64,000 nt of DNA from Chiloscyllium plagiosum. Lineage: Eukaryota. The DNA lies in assembly GCF_004010195.1 (NCBI RefSeq), contig NC_057712.1, positions 78,478,529 to 78,542,528 on the forward strand, in the 5' to 3' direction. Positions 1-11,465 of the stretch are shown in pieces. Positions within the stretch are counted from its first letter, which is position 1; each line of letters starts with the position of its first letter. The notes below the pieces were generated by a model that saw nothing but the letters and a program-made list of their open reading frames with translations, had not been told where the DNA came from and did not search any database. The translations under genes were made by a program, and so were the position numbers.

Positions 1-680
1 AGAATCCAAAGGGTTTATACAAATACATTAAGGACAAAAGAGTAACTATGGAGAGAATAGGGCCCCTCAAAGATCAGCAAGGCAGTCTTTGTGTGGAGCT
101 GCAGAAAATGGGGGAGATACTAAACGGTAATTTTGCATCAGCATTTACTGTGGAAAAGGATATGGAAGATATAGACTGTAGGGAAATAGATGGTGACATC
201 TTGCAAAATGTCCATATTCCAGAGGAGGATGTGCTGGATGCCTTGAAACGATTAAAGGTGGATAAATCCCCAGGACCTGATCAGGTGTACCCTAGAACTC
301 TGTGGGAAGCTAGAGAAGTGATTGCTGGGCCTCTTGCTGAGATATTTGTGTCATCGATGGCCACAGGTGAGGTGCCGGAAGACTGGAGGTAGGTTAACAT
401 GGTGTCACTGTTTAAGAAGGGTGGTAAGGACAAGCCAGGGAACTATAGACCGGTGAGCCTGACCTCAGTGGTGGGCAAGTTGTTGGAGGGAATCCTGAGG
501 GACAGGATGTACATGTATTTGGAAAGGCAAGGACTGATTATGGATAGTCAACATGGCTTTGTGCGTGGGAAATCATGTCTCACAAACATGATTGAGTTTT
601 TTTGAAGAAGTAATAAAGAGGATTGATGAGAGCAGAGGGTCTATCTGGATCTATATGGACTTCAGTAAGGCGTTCGACAA
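1..680 (+). mobile_element. CR1-clade LINE ORF2 fragment (RT N-terminal part), disrupted
   Basis: ORFs 48-392 and 399-605 give KSPGPD...VPEDWR, PGNYRPVSLTSVVGK and SQHGF..GKSCLTN, which are CR1 RT motifs. In-frame stop and frameshift present. Nearly identical to ~39520-39980. Confidence 0.93.
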
Positions 681-1273
681 TTGAAAATTGAGTCTCACAA
701 TCAGTTGAACATAATTGAATTTGTTGTAATCAATTCCATGTTGCTAAATAAACTTAATATCGGAATTTGCTGCTGTTTGTGATATTATAAATTCTCTTGC
801 TGAATTCAATTTGATGATATCGCAATGTACTAGATTCTTGCTTCTACAAATTTTATGTATTCCTGCAATAGTAAAATTCTTTTGAAAACATCTAAATATG
901 TTTGCTCATTTTACATGATCATCTAATCAGCATGAAATAACACTGCAAGTCAGATAATTTTATATATCAGTAATTTATTAAAAGCATCTCCTCATCCCAA
1001 CTCGTTTATTTTCCTGTATATAGTCGTCAGCATTTCAAGTGGGCAACTTGATATTAATACAATTAGCTGGCTGTGACTAAAGTTAAAAAGAAACAAACAA
1101 AGTACGTAGTCTCATATTTTCTAAAATAAAAGGCCAGCTCGTTTTGGCAACTGCATGTATTACTTTTTAAAAGTTACATTCAGAAACCTATGAGGTATGA
1201 ATAACTGATTGAACTTGTTTAAAATCTGACTTTGACTGTAATCAGCAAAGCCTTATCAAGTATTCAGTAAGAG

Positions 1274-1646
1274 CAAGTTTTGAGAAGATCTGTAGCTAAG
1301 GTTGAGGTTCTGGATGTTGGTTTGCTGGCTGAGCTGGAAGCTTCATTTCCAGACTTTTCGTCACCCTACTAGGTAACATGTTCAGTGAGCCTCCAGGCGA
1401 AGCACTGCTGATGATTCCTGCTTTCTATTTATATGTTTGGGTTTCTTTGGGTTGGCGATTTGGTCATTTCCTTTGATAGATGGGGTCTAACTCAATGTGT
1501 TAGAACTCTTGGAACTTCTGGTTGGAACTCTATCAACAAACACATCAAGTGTGACCCCATCTACCACCCCCCCCCCCCCCCGAGAAAAAAAAACAGGAAA
1601 TGACATCACCAACCCAAAGAAACCCAATCATATAAATAGAAAGCAG
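1274..1646 (-). mobile_element. Penelope-like element terminal fragment with inverted arm and decayed hammerhead motif
   Basis: 1418-1460 is the reverse complement of 1600-1646. Minus strand reads CTGAACA-TGTTACCTAGTAGGGTGAC-GAAAAGTC. Same family as 25272-25547. Confidence 0.7.
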
Positions 1647-1859
1647 TAGCTCCTTTGTAATTGATCCTTATGATAATTAAGTCAGCTATCAATTGTTAAG
1701 CACAATGATTTAACTAGTGCGGATGGAACCCATAAAATTTATGTGCAATAAAAAAGATGAATTTTTGAAATTTGAACTAACCATTTTTAGGTGCACAGGT
1801 AGCATTTCTTTCCTCTATTTACAGAAAGGATTTCTGTGGTGGTGCAAATTACTTAAGTG

Positions 1860-1923
1860 ATCACATGGGTTAATAAGATTATTACTAAAGCAATCACATG
1901 GGTTAATAAGATTATTAATAAAG
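1860..1923. repeat. 33-bp tandem duplication (2 copies)
   Basis: atcacatgggttaataagattatta(c/a)taaag occurs at 1860 and 1893. Confidence 0.9.
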
Positions 1924-2633
1924 AAAACCCATAGCAAGGTTTGTTTCAAGAGGGACAGATTTGAAAAGCAGGAAGGTTGTGATGAACTTGTGTTGAATCT
2001 TGGTTAGGTAACACTTGGAAAACTGTAGATATGTCTGGTCGCCAAATTATAAGGTCAGAAACCTTGAGGAATGTGGGAAGACGGTAGCAAGAGAGATACT
2101 AGAACTGAATGGTTAGCTATCAGAAAAAAACTGAACGAACCACAGTTTTTTTTTCTCTCCAGAAAAGGCTAGTAGTGGCCTTGTAAGATCTAACAAAGTT
2201 TGAAAAGCGAAACAGGTGCAGGACATATCAGATTGTTAGGATAGCAAAACTAGACATGATAACTATAACTTGGTAATTTATAAATCTCTCAGGATATTCC
2301 ACTGAAACTTATTTGTCCAAATCCTGGTAAGAATAGGTGACAATGTAGCACAATGAATATTTAAAGCAAATAGCATTGATGTATTTAAAGAGAAGCTAAA
2401 TAAGTTCTTGGAGGATACGCTGATTGCAGTGGATAAGGAAGGATGGTGAGAGACTCATGGAGCAGAAAGACAGATATTGCCTAGTAAGCTTAATAGTCTC
2501 TAGCTGTGCTTTAAACTCCTATAATTCTTTTATACAAATTTCAAATACCTGGCTTCATTCTATAGAAATGGGCATAACTCATCTTAAAGGTAAAATTGCA
2601 CTCTTTATTTCTTGAAGTACCTGTTTGATCTCT

Positions 2634-3355
2634 TAGAGTCCTAGAGCTGTACAGCATGGAAATAGCCCCTTCCGTCCAATATGTCCATGCCAACCAGGTA
2701 TCTTAAATTAATCATAGGTTCCCTACAGTGTAGAAACAGGCTAGTTGGCCCAACAAGTCCACACTGACCCTCTGAAGAGTATCCCATCCAGACCCATTCC
2801 CCTACTCCTATCACTCTACATTTCCCCTGACTAATGCACTTAGCCTACACATCCCTGAACACTATGGGCAATTTAGCATGGCCAATTCAGCTAAACTGCA
2901 CATCTTTGGACTGTGGGATGAAACCACAGAGAGCTGCCTGAGGCTGGAATCAAACCTGGGTGCCTTGTGCTGGGAGGCAGCTGTGCTAACTACTGTGCCA
3001 CCCCGTTTGCCAACAATTGGCCCATATCTCTTTAAACCCTTCCTATTCATATACCCATCTAAATGTTATAATTGTAGCAGCCTCCACCACTTCCTCTGCA
3101 ACTCATCCCATACACGCAGCACTCTCTGTGTTACAAAGTTGCTCATTAGGTCCTTTTTAAATCTTTCCCCTGTCACCTTAAACCTATGCCCTCGAGGCTT
3201 GGACTCCCATACCCTGTGGGAAAGACCTTGGCTATTCACCCTATCCATGGCCCTCATGATATACACTTCTATAAGGTCACCACTTAGCCTCCGACCCTCT
3301 AGGGAAAACAGCCCCAACCTATTCAGCCTCTCCCTATAACTCAAACCCTCCAACC
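2634..3355 (-). mobile_element. CR1 LINE 3' end interrupted by an HE1 SINE
   Basis: Minus ORF 3066-3515 contains LSYRERLNRLGLFSLEGRRLSGDLIEVY...RGHRFKV, the CR1 ORF2 C-terminus. The 3' tail at 2634-2712 matches 40790-40858. Confidence 0.9.
2713..3003 (-). mobile_element. HE1-type tRNA-derived SINE
   Basis: Reverse complement reads GGTGGCACAGTAGTTAGCACAGCTGCCTC...GTCCAAAGATGTGCAG...GGCCATGCTAAATTGCCC, matching the other copies in the window. Confidence 0.88.
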
Positions 3356-4882
3356 TTGACTGTTGGTTCATTTGTTCCTTCTCATTGTCAAAGATTATCT
3401 TGGATAATGGGAAATTCACATATGAGTGATTAAAATCTAAGAGTTGAAGAAAAACTAGAAAAAGAAAGTATTTAGCGATCTGAAAGGAACTTTCCATAAC
3501 ACAGAATGTCAGCAATTATAGGTAAGCCTGTTGCTTTCTCTTCTGGTAAGATGCCTGACCTCTTCGCAGTCAGTGAAAAATGAAGAGTGCACCATGCAAA
3601 GAAATGTAGATACCAAGTAATAAACCATCATTCTGTGTATATGCAGTATTCCTAGGTGAATCTTTTGAGAATGCTTCCTTGAAAAATGTTGGTTCTGAGG
3701 CTGCTATTCCTGAATGAACCACTGTTACATTTAGATAAAGACTGAGAAAGACTTAAGACTATTGTCTTCAGCCCCCTACCATGAATGCTATCCCCTTAGC
3801 ATCTCGCATTGAAATGGTGTGATTACAACATAGCTGTTAAACTTGACTCCAAATTGAACTTCCAAACAGGATCATGTCCTCTTGCATGTAAAAGCTGACT
3901 TGTTTCAGTAAATTGTCTTGCCAGTGAATGTGATCGACAACCCACTCATCCAAAGCCAATGTACCACAGAAGTGACCAGTTGAGGATCTCCTGCCCTCCA
4001 CTGGCATTTAGTTAATGGTGGAGATGGGTGGGACAGACTGCATTTTGAAGAACCAGCTGCCTAAGCTGTGAGTGTCTTCTGGCAAATTGTGGGAGTGAGG
4101 GCAGGGAAGAGCACACCTTCCTCTTTGGGTACTTTTTGTTTCACAAAGTGATTTCCTGATGTCAAAGGCTACCCCCATGGCAAGCGAATTGCCTTATCAA
4201 TTGCTCTGTGATGTAATTCCTGACCCTAATACGTGGAGATACTGTCAGAGCTATAAGTTCATAAAATTGCCTTTTGCACTGAAGTGATAATATTTGTTTT
4301 ATTTTCCTAAGTTTTGAATCTGTTTTTATTTACTTCCTTCTGCCGTCATGGCTTTTGTGTGCATCACTTCATTACCAGCTGAGCAAACAGACATTTAGGA
4401 CCAATTAGTACTGTACTCATATTACACTGCTGTATGTGCAAAATGTTTTACTTTATTAGGCTCTTGAGTCGTATTTCAGAAGTGGAGCCATTTTAATATT
4501 TGACTCAGTTCATTCTCGTTTGTGGAAATGCCCAACAGCTACCTGCCCTACATTCCTACCTTTGTTTGTGGGCTGTGGGTGTTACTGGCTCAGCCAGCAT
4601 TTATTGCTTCGAGTGAAGTCAAGAGTCAGTCACATTGCTGTGGGACTGGAGTCACATGTAGACCAAAGCAGGTAAGGATGGTAGATTTTCTTCCTGAAAG
4701 GACATTGGTCACATGGTCACCATTTGACCAGCTTTTTTCAAACTAAATGTTTAAGTTGTAAGCAGAAACCTTGGCAGGTTACCAGGCAACATAGGGTTTC
4801 CTAAGATTGATTACCTTAGTTCTTCACCTTTTTTGAAGTCTTTGGAAAGTTCTGACTGAAAGCCAAAAGCAGTTTCAGCAGG

Positions 4883-5101
4883 ATCAAAAAGTGTGGTGCT
4901 GGAAAAGCACAGCCGATCAGGCAGCATCCGTGGAGCAGGAGTGGCGACGTTTCGAGCATAAGCTCTTCACGTTCCTGATGAAGGGCTTATGCTCGAAACG
5001 TCGATTCTCCTGCACCTTGGATGCTGTCTAACCGACTATGCTTTTCTAGCGCCACATTCTTTGGCTCTGATCTCCAGCATCTGCAGTCCTCATTTTCTCC
5101 G
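4883..5101. mobile_element. Palindromic non-autonomous Penelope-derived element with TSD
   Basis: Two inverted arms meet at ~4972. Flanked by ag(c/t)agttt(c/t)agcagg at 4868-4882 and 5102-5116. The arm sequence matches the 3' terminus of the GIY-YIG element at 48894-49520. Confidence 0.8.
4972..5007 (+). ncRNA. Minimal type I hammerhead ribozyme motif (intact core)
   Basis: CUGAUGA(4975-4981)-A-GGGC UUAU GCUC-GAAA-C-GUC(5000-5002). Helix III is reduced to the palindrome ACGU, and helix I is short. Confidence 0.72.
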
Positions 5102-5368
5102 AGTAGTTTTAGCAGGCATGAGCCCCACTGGGTCCAGAATGTTCGCCTGGGCACTGCACTTGCTTGGCTGTAAAGTGCTTTGGGATGTCCTAAAATTACA
5201 AAATGAAGTTCTTTCTTGAGGATGCCTCCAGAACTCCATTAATCTACTTAAAACCTTATGCTCAAATGGGCACAAACTTCTGTCAATCAAAAGGGAAAAT
5301 GGGATGAAAATTCAGTTTCACTCCTGCACCAGTGCAGCGTCAATATGTATCTTCTAATAAACCTTACT

Positions 5369-6265
5369 CAGGACACTATTCAAAAGGGCCACAACACACT
5401 GCAGTACACCAGAACTGCAAAAAGAAGAAGAGGAACACCTATACAAGGTATTCGCCAAAAACGGATACCCGCGCAACTTCATCAACAGGTGCCTAAGAGA
5501 AAGACCATGGAACGAGGATATACCACAACCAAAAGGACTAGCCACACTACCATACATCAGGAGCATCTCGGAACTGACAACCAGACTACTGCGACCCATA
5601 GGACTCATAACNNNNNNNNNNNNNNNNNNNNNNNNNNNNNNNNNNNNNNNNNNNNNNNNNNNNNNNNNNNNNNNNNNNNNNNNNNNNNNNNNNNNNNNNN
5701 NNNNNNNNNNNNNNNNNNNNNNNNNNNNNNNNNNNNNNNNNNNNNNNNNNNNNNNNNNNNNNNNNNNNNNNNNNNNNNNNNNNNNNNNNNNNNNNNNNNN
5801 NNNNNNNNNNNNNNNNNNNNNNNNNNNNNNNNNNNNNNNNNNNNNNNNNNNNNNNNNNNNNNNNNNNNNNNNNNNNNNNNNNNNNNNNNNNGGAGTTTGT
5901 GGGTGGATGCCATGCCTCTAGGAATTTCCTGGCTGTTCTCTGTCTGGCTTGCCCTATGATAGTAGTGTTGTCTCAGTCGAATTCATGTTGCTTGTTGTCT
6001 GCGTGTGTGGCTACTAAGGATAGCTGGTCGTGTCGTTTCGTGGCTAGTTGATGTTCATGTATGCGGATTGTTAGCTGCCTTCCTGTCTTCAACCGGAAGC
6101 GGCAGGGACAGACCACTATAAACACCGGAGGAAACATCAAAGATGCGCTTCGCAGGAGGCTCTCAAGCACTGATGATGATGAAACGTTTGCAACAAAAAC
6201 TTCCAGCTCGGCGAACAGAACCACAACAACGAGCACCCGAGCTACAAATCTTCGCACAAACTTTG
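5369..6265 (+). mobile_element. Penelope-like element (RT thumb / GIY-YIG fragments, internal inversion) with 10-bp TSD, spanning an assembly gap
   Basis: Plus strand reads TLFKRATTHCSTPELQKEEEEHLYKVFAKNGYP...ATLPYI. Minus strand reads TGRQLTIRIHEHQLATKRHD (GIY-YIG region). TSD aaaccttact at 5359-5368 and 6266-6275. Confidence 0.88.
5612..5891. other. Assembly gap (N run)
   Basis: Run of N. Confidence 1.
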
Positions 6266-6356
6266 AAACCTTACTAATTTGTGGCTCAGTGTTATTAGCT
6301 ATTTTCCATAATTTATATTGAATAGAAGTAAGTAACACAGTAGCATCATAAACAAT

Positions 6357-6362
6357 TTTATT
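6357..6362 (-). terminator. Candidate polyadenylation signal AATAAA of col10a1-like gene (3'UTR ~1 kb)
   Basis: tttatt on the plus strand, ~980 nt past the stop codon, at the end of an AT-rich repeat-free UTR. Confidence 0.6.
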
Positions 6363-7343
6363 AGTGTTTTTATATATAAAATACAAAATTTGAAATAATG
6401 AACAGTTTTGTGGCTATAAATGCAATCCACTTCTCAAGGTTGTTCTGACAGGAGAACTTTGTGTTTATACATTACCTTTATAATTTGCTATTTAAATGTT
6501 GATTTCTATTGCTCCAGTCAATGCAGTAGCATCAATGTTAACAAAAGCACCTTCCTGCCATTTAATTGTAACATAATTAAACAATAGATTTAGAATTTAT
6601 CACTTTTGTAACATAACTATCAAATAGATTGTTTTTGAATAGTTCTGTGCAGCTGGCAGGAATATTTTTTATAATTTTGAATTACTTTGTGCCATTTCAA
6701 TATACAACACAATGCGAGAAAATAAATTTGTCATTTGCATATTCCGGAAAATTGCCATTTAGTCATTTGGCGTTGGCCTTTGTATTTCCTGGCTGCACAT
6801 TATATTTCTTTGCAAACAATTTTAGGTTTCATGTGAAGGGGCTCTGATGTTTCCCACTGCAATGAATTTAAGTTCTTCAATTAGTGATGTGGTAAGCTAA
6901 TATTTGATATAGAATTTTAAAACCTTGAAGCAATAAGTTCTAACCACATCATTTGGAATAGTAAGAATTCTCAGTTCCTTTTCTCTCAGTTGAGGTGGGG
7001 ATTACTGGCATTGAATCCACTTTAAAACTGTAGTACTTAAGTGACAATTACAGTGTACTTCCTATGAACTACTGTTTCACCCAAAACCTATGCCATAAAA
7101 GTAAGAGGCAGTAATGGGGCAATTTGATAACCTTTAAACTGGAGCAAACAGTGAGCAGGACTTGTACTATGTCTGACTTGATGACTCCAGTGAGAAAGCC
7201 ACACTTCTTTCATTGTTAGGCCTTGCTGAAATACTTGGTGTGAGCTGCCAGCACTTAGCAGGAGAGTTGTCAGCTCATCGCTTTGGTGGGTTTGGGGAGG
7301 ATGTGTTGGGGGTTGATTTTGGACGGAATGTGATTGATGTACA

Positions 7344-9178
7344 TCAAAATGTCTGACTAATTAAAAACCCAGAGAATGAAGAATGCATATAATCGGAGGA
7401 ATATAAACCATTGGACTCCTCTGAAGGTAACTGAACAGAGACCTCGTCATGTTCATATAATTGTATTATAGCACTTCCTGAAGCTTGATCAACATAACCT
7501 TCTGTATAATCATCATATGTGTACATCACAGGTTCATTATTTTTGAACAGTCCAATCCAAACATTTCCTCCTTTTACTTGTATATGGTAAGAAAATTGAT
7601 AGATGCCTGGTATTTGACATGTAAATATGCCAGTCGTGGGATCATAATTGTTGTTTTGATTAGCCACTATTTTGTTGAAAGCTATTGGCTGTCTTACAGA
7701 TGGAAATGACTCTAAAAGAATAGCTGTGAAAGCTGGATATGATCTCATGACATCCGGTGTTACGTAACCATTATAGCCTCCGTATTTCCCGGGATTCACA
7801 ACTTCTCCTGGCCGTCCTGGTGGACCAGGGAGTCCAGGTGGGCCTGGAGGGCCGGGTGCTCCTGGTGGGCCTGGTGGCCCATACAGATTCTTTTCATTAA
7901 GACTAGAAGAAAGACCTGGTAGTCCAGGAGGACCTGGAGGTCCTGGGTCTCCTTTCTCTCCAGGGAATCCGGGTGGACCTGGAAATCCGGGTAGACCTTT
8001 TGGACCTGGGGGTCCGGCAGGTCCATTTAATCCAACTTCACCTCGGAATCCTGGTGGCCCTGGACGACCTGGAAGGCCACTGTCCCCAGGCTTCCCAGTT
8101 GGCCCGACAGGTCCGATGGCGCCTTTTTGACCAGGTGGTCCCATTTGCCCGACTGCGCCCGGTATACCAGGTTCTCCTGGAATTCCTGATTTTCCTGGGG
8201 CACCCCCAGGGCCTATTGCACCCTTTGGTCCTGGGTACCCTTGCCCTCCAGGTGGACCTGACATGCCCTTTTGTCCTGGTGCACCTGGTAGACCAGGTGC
8301 ACCTCTCAAACCTTGTGGCCCAGGTGGGCCAGTTGATCCAGAAATTCCTGAGCTTCCTGGGCTGCCAGGATCACCTTTCTCCCCTTTCTCTCCACGATAT
8401 CCAGCTAGACCTGGGGCACCAGGTTCCCCTTTAGGTCCCTGTGGGCCTGGCCTTCCAAAACCAGGAAGTCCAGCAGCTCCAGGCTGACCTGGTGCACCAG
8501 GAGGCCCCTTGGGTCCAGGAGAACCTGGCAACCCTGGTGTGCCATCCGCTCCAGGCTTTCCGATTCCTGATGGCCCAGGTAATCCTGGGGGGCCTCTCTG
8601 ACCTGGGATTCCTGAATCTCCAGGTGGACCTGCTGTGCCTTTTTCGCCCTTTGCTCCTGGTAAACCAGCAGGACCAGGGAGTCCTGGTTTCCCATATCCT
8701 GGTTCGCCACGCATTCCTTGTGGTCCTTGTTGCCCTGGAGGACCTCTTGCCCCTGGCTGTCCTGGAATTCCAACTCCTTTTTCTCCTTTTGCACCAAGGG
8801 GACCAGGATACCCTCGTTCCCCTTTCGCTCCGGGTGCTCCTGCCGGCCCTGTAGACCCAGCAGGCCCTGGTGGGCCTGGTTTACCAGGATATGAAATTCC
8901 AGCTGACCCAGGATACCCTCTAGGTCCTGGCTGTCCTTTTGGTCCTTGCATTCCATGAGGTCCCATGCTACCTTTGGGGCCAGGTGTTCCTCTTTCTCCT
9001 GACTTTCCTGGTGCTCCCGGAGCACCAGGTTTTCCAATTCCTGGCATCCCCTGGGATCCTGGTCGTCCTGGAAGACCAGGTTGTCCTGGCTGTCCAACTC
9101 CTGACTTTCCTGGATATCCTGGTGGGCCTGGAGGGCCACGTGGCCCAGGAGGACCCTGTGGCCCACGGTGCCATCTCA
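7344..9178 (-). CDS. col10a1: Collagen type X alpha-1-like, terminal exon (triple helix ~455 aa + C1q/NC1 ~151 aa)
   Basis: Gly-X-Y domain with the G-X-G and GISYPG interruptions typical of collagen X/VIII. C1q domain [44 protein letters not shown] is closer to COL10A1 than COL8. Acceptor tcttctttctttattgatattaacag ends at 9179, phase 1. The ORF-track start at 9212 is intronic. Confidence 0.93.
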
Positions 9179-10002
9179 CTGTTAATATCAATAAAGAAAG
9201 AAGAGATCTCATTTAAATTATAATATGTGGTTAAGTGTTTGAAAGTTCCCTAATTGGAACTGCAAAACTGACATCACAGATATCCTCCTGTTAGTTTATA
9301 CATTTTGAAAAATAGTTATTTTGAACAATGCTTATTGTTTGCAGAGATCTTAAAAAAAATTGAGAAATTGAGCTATACCAGTAAGTGAGCGGTCAGATGT
9401 TAGAAACACTTTTGTCAAGGAATATTGGGGAAGATGTGGGATTGAATTTGAAAAACTAAATCGCAGTTGCTGGCAAAATGGGATTTCTTCAGAATAGACT
9501 TAAGTTTGTGTCTTAAAGTTCACATGGGATGCTTTTTGCAGCTATGCAATTAAGCAAAATTAATTACATAGTAGCGTTTGTTCAAACTACTGAAGTAAAC
9601 CAAATTTGTGTATTTGTTTTATTTTGCCAATAATGAATGCATCTGTGCTTTTCTTTTGTGGTTGCCAAGATTGCATCAGCCCACAAATTAAATAAATTTA
9701 TACACCAAGAGAAAAGCCAATATTTTCATTCTCTTTTATGTTCTTGAAGACCATGTTTTATTACCATATATATTGATGGTAGTTTTATATTGCAAATATT
9801 TTGTTTAATGTGCTTTGGTAAATAGTTCCTTCAAGTTACATTGAGTGTACAGCCCAGTTGTTTTAAACCAATCTTTAAGCTCATTGCAAGCCTCCTCCCA
9901 ACTCTCTTTATCTACCACCTCAATATTATACACCTAGTTCTTTATTTCTCATGCATTTTCCTCGCTTTTCCTTGAATATGCTCTAGTATCTGCTTCAAAA
10001 GA

Positions 10003-10190
10003 TCAGAGGGTTTGAAGTATGAGGAAAGGCTGAATAGGCTGGGGCTATTTTCTCTGGAGCATCGAAGGCAGAGAGATGACCTTATGGACCAAATAGTGGC
10101 AAATGGGACTAGATTAATTTAGGATATCTGGTTGGCATGGACAAGTTGGACTAAAGGGTCTGTTTCCATGATATACATCTCTCTGACTAT
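10003..10190 (+). mobile_element. CR1 LINE 3' fragment (internally deleted)
   Basis: Encodes GLKYEERLNRLGLFSLEHRR, followed by a CR1 3' tail similar to 40770-40858. Confidence 0.8.
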
Positions 10191-11289
10191 ATAACCACTC
10201 CTTGTGATCACATATTTCACATTCTTACCACTTTTTGGTAAGGGGTACTTTTCTAGAATTCCTTGTTTCATTTATTAGTTACTGTCTTATATTTATAAGC
10301 TCCAACTTTGAACTCTTGCCCATATATGAAAGTTTATATATATAGACTACGTTTCCAAAATATTTCATTATTTTCGAGCTAGTATCCCTGTCTCTGAACC
10401 CAAAGCTCCATATTCAAGTGCAACTACAGAGCTAGTTGGTCTTGAAGATGCATTTTTTGACAAGAGACAGAAGGTTGATAGTAATTCTTCTAATACATTC
10501 CCAATACTTCCCAAAGGAGGAAAAATATGAAGATACAAATGGAAGTCAAAAGTTCCCTTAAAGTGCTCTATCTTGTCATCACTCCGTCTTCTTTTTGCTA
10601 GAGACAAGAACCCAGACCTGTTCAGCTTTTCTTAATAAATATATACCCTTGGTTTTGCTATCAATGTCGCATATATTTTTTCCCACTTTCTCCTGTATCT
10701 CAATATCTACTTTGTAATAAGGAAATCAAATCTGCATCATATCCAAGGTGATCTAACTGTGGTTAGACACAACTTATATGTTTTTCAGTTCTGTTGATAT
10801 GGAAAATAAGCAAAATATTTTTTTTCTCTTCTTTTTAAACCACATCATGACTTTTAGTGATCTGTGTATCTGTAACCCTTGTCTTCGTACCTTGTTTAGA
10901 TTTTATCAATGGGAGGTGTGATCTCCTTATACTTCTGAGGACAATGCCATTGGTTAAAGGGACACGCTTAATTTTAAAACTGTGGTATGGAATATTTTGA
11001 AAATGGTAACATTGAAGGGTGTGATGAAGTATGAAGCACTAATAGGATAATGTAAGATATGTCAAGACTAGGATAGAGGAATCTGAGAGTGTTGTAGCAG
11101 TAGAAGGAGAGGTAGCTGGATCTAAATAATTAAATTGATTTGCCGATATGTTTCATGTATTTTTATCACAGGATTGATGGGTATCATCGCACATTAGTTG
11201 TCGTCATCAATTGTTGTGTAGTTATTTTATTGTATTTTCATTTGCACACTCCTTATCTTTGCAGAATCAAATTACTGCAGTTGCTGGAT

Positions 11290-11465
11290 TCTGTTCTGAA
11301 AACAAAAAATGCAGAAGATCACAGCTGATCAATCAGCATCCATAGTGAGAAAGCAAGCTCATGTTTCGAGTCTACATGGCTCTTCATTCTGATGAAAACT
11401 TGTCTAGACTTGTAACAATAGCTTGCTTTCTCTCTATGGATGCCCCCTTATATCTTTGCTTTGAT
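11290..11465. mobile_element. Decayed palindromic Penelope-derived element
   Basis: gagaaagcaagct...tttcgagtcta...tcttcattctgatgaa...tagactt...agcttgctttctc is self-complementary. Same family as 32001-32190. Confidence 0.6.

Noticed and set aside
5258-5959. Long ORFs spanning N runs (also 45504-45926)
   Set aside because: Gap artefacts. The real coding signal is PLE remnant in another frame.
9179-9212. ORF-track N-terminus [11 protein letters not shown] as a signal peptide of a single-exon collagen
   Set aside because: It is the translated polypyrimidine tract and acceptor. A true ATG signal exon exists at 19912-20011.
7485-9223. Multiple antisense and alternative-frame ORFs over the collagen exon
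   Set aside because: These are shadows of GGN-CCN codon periodicity.
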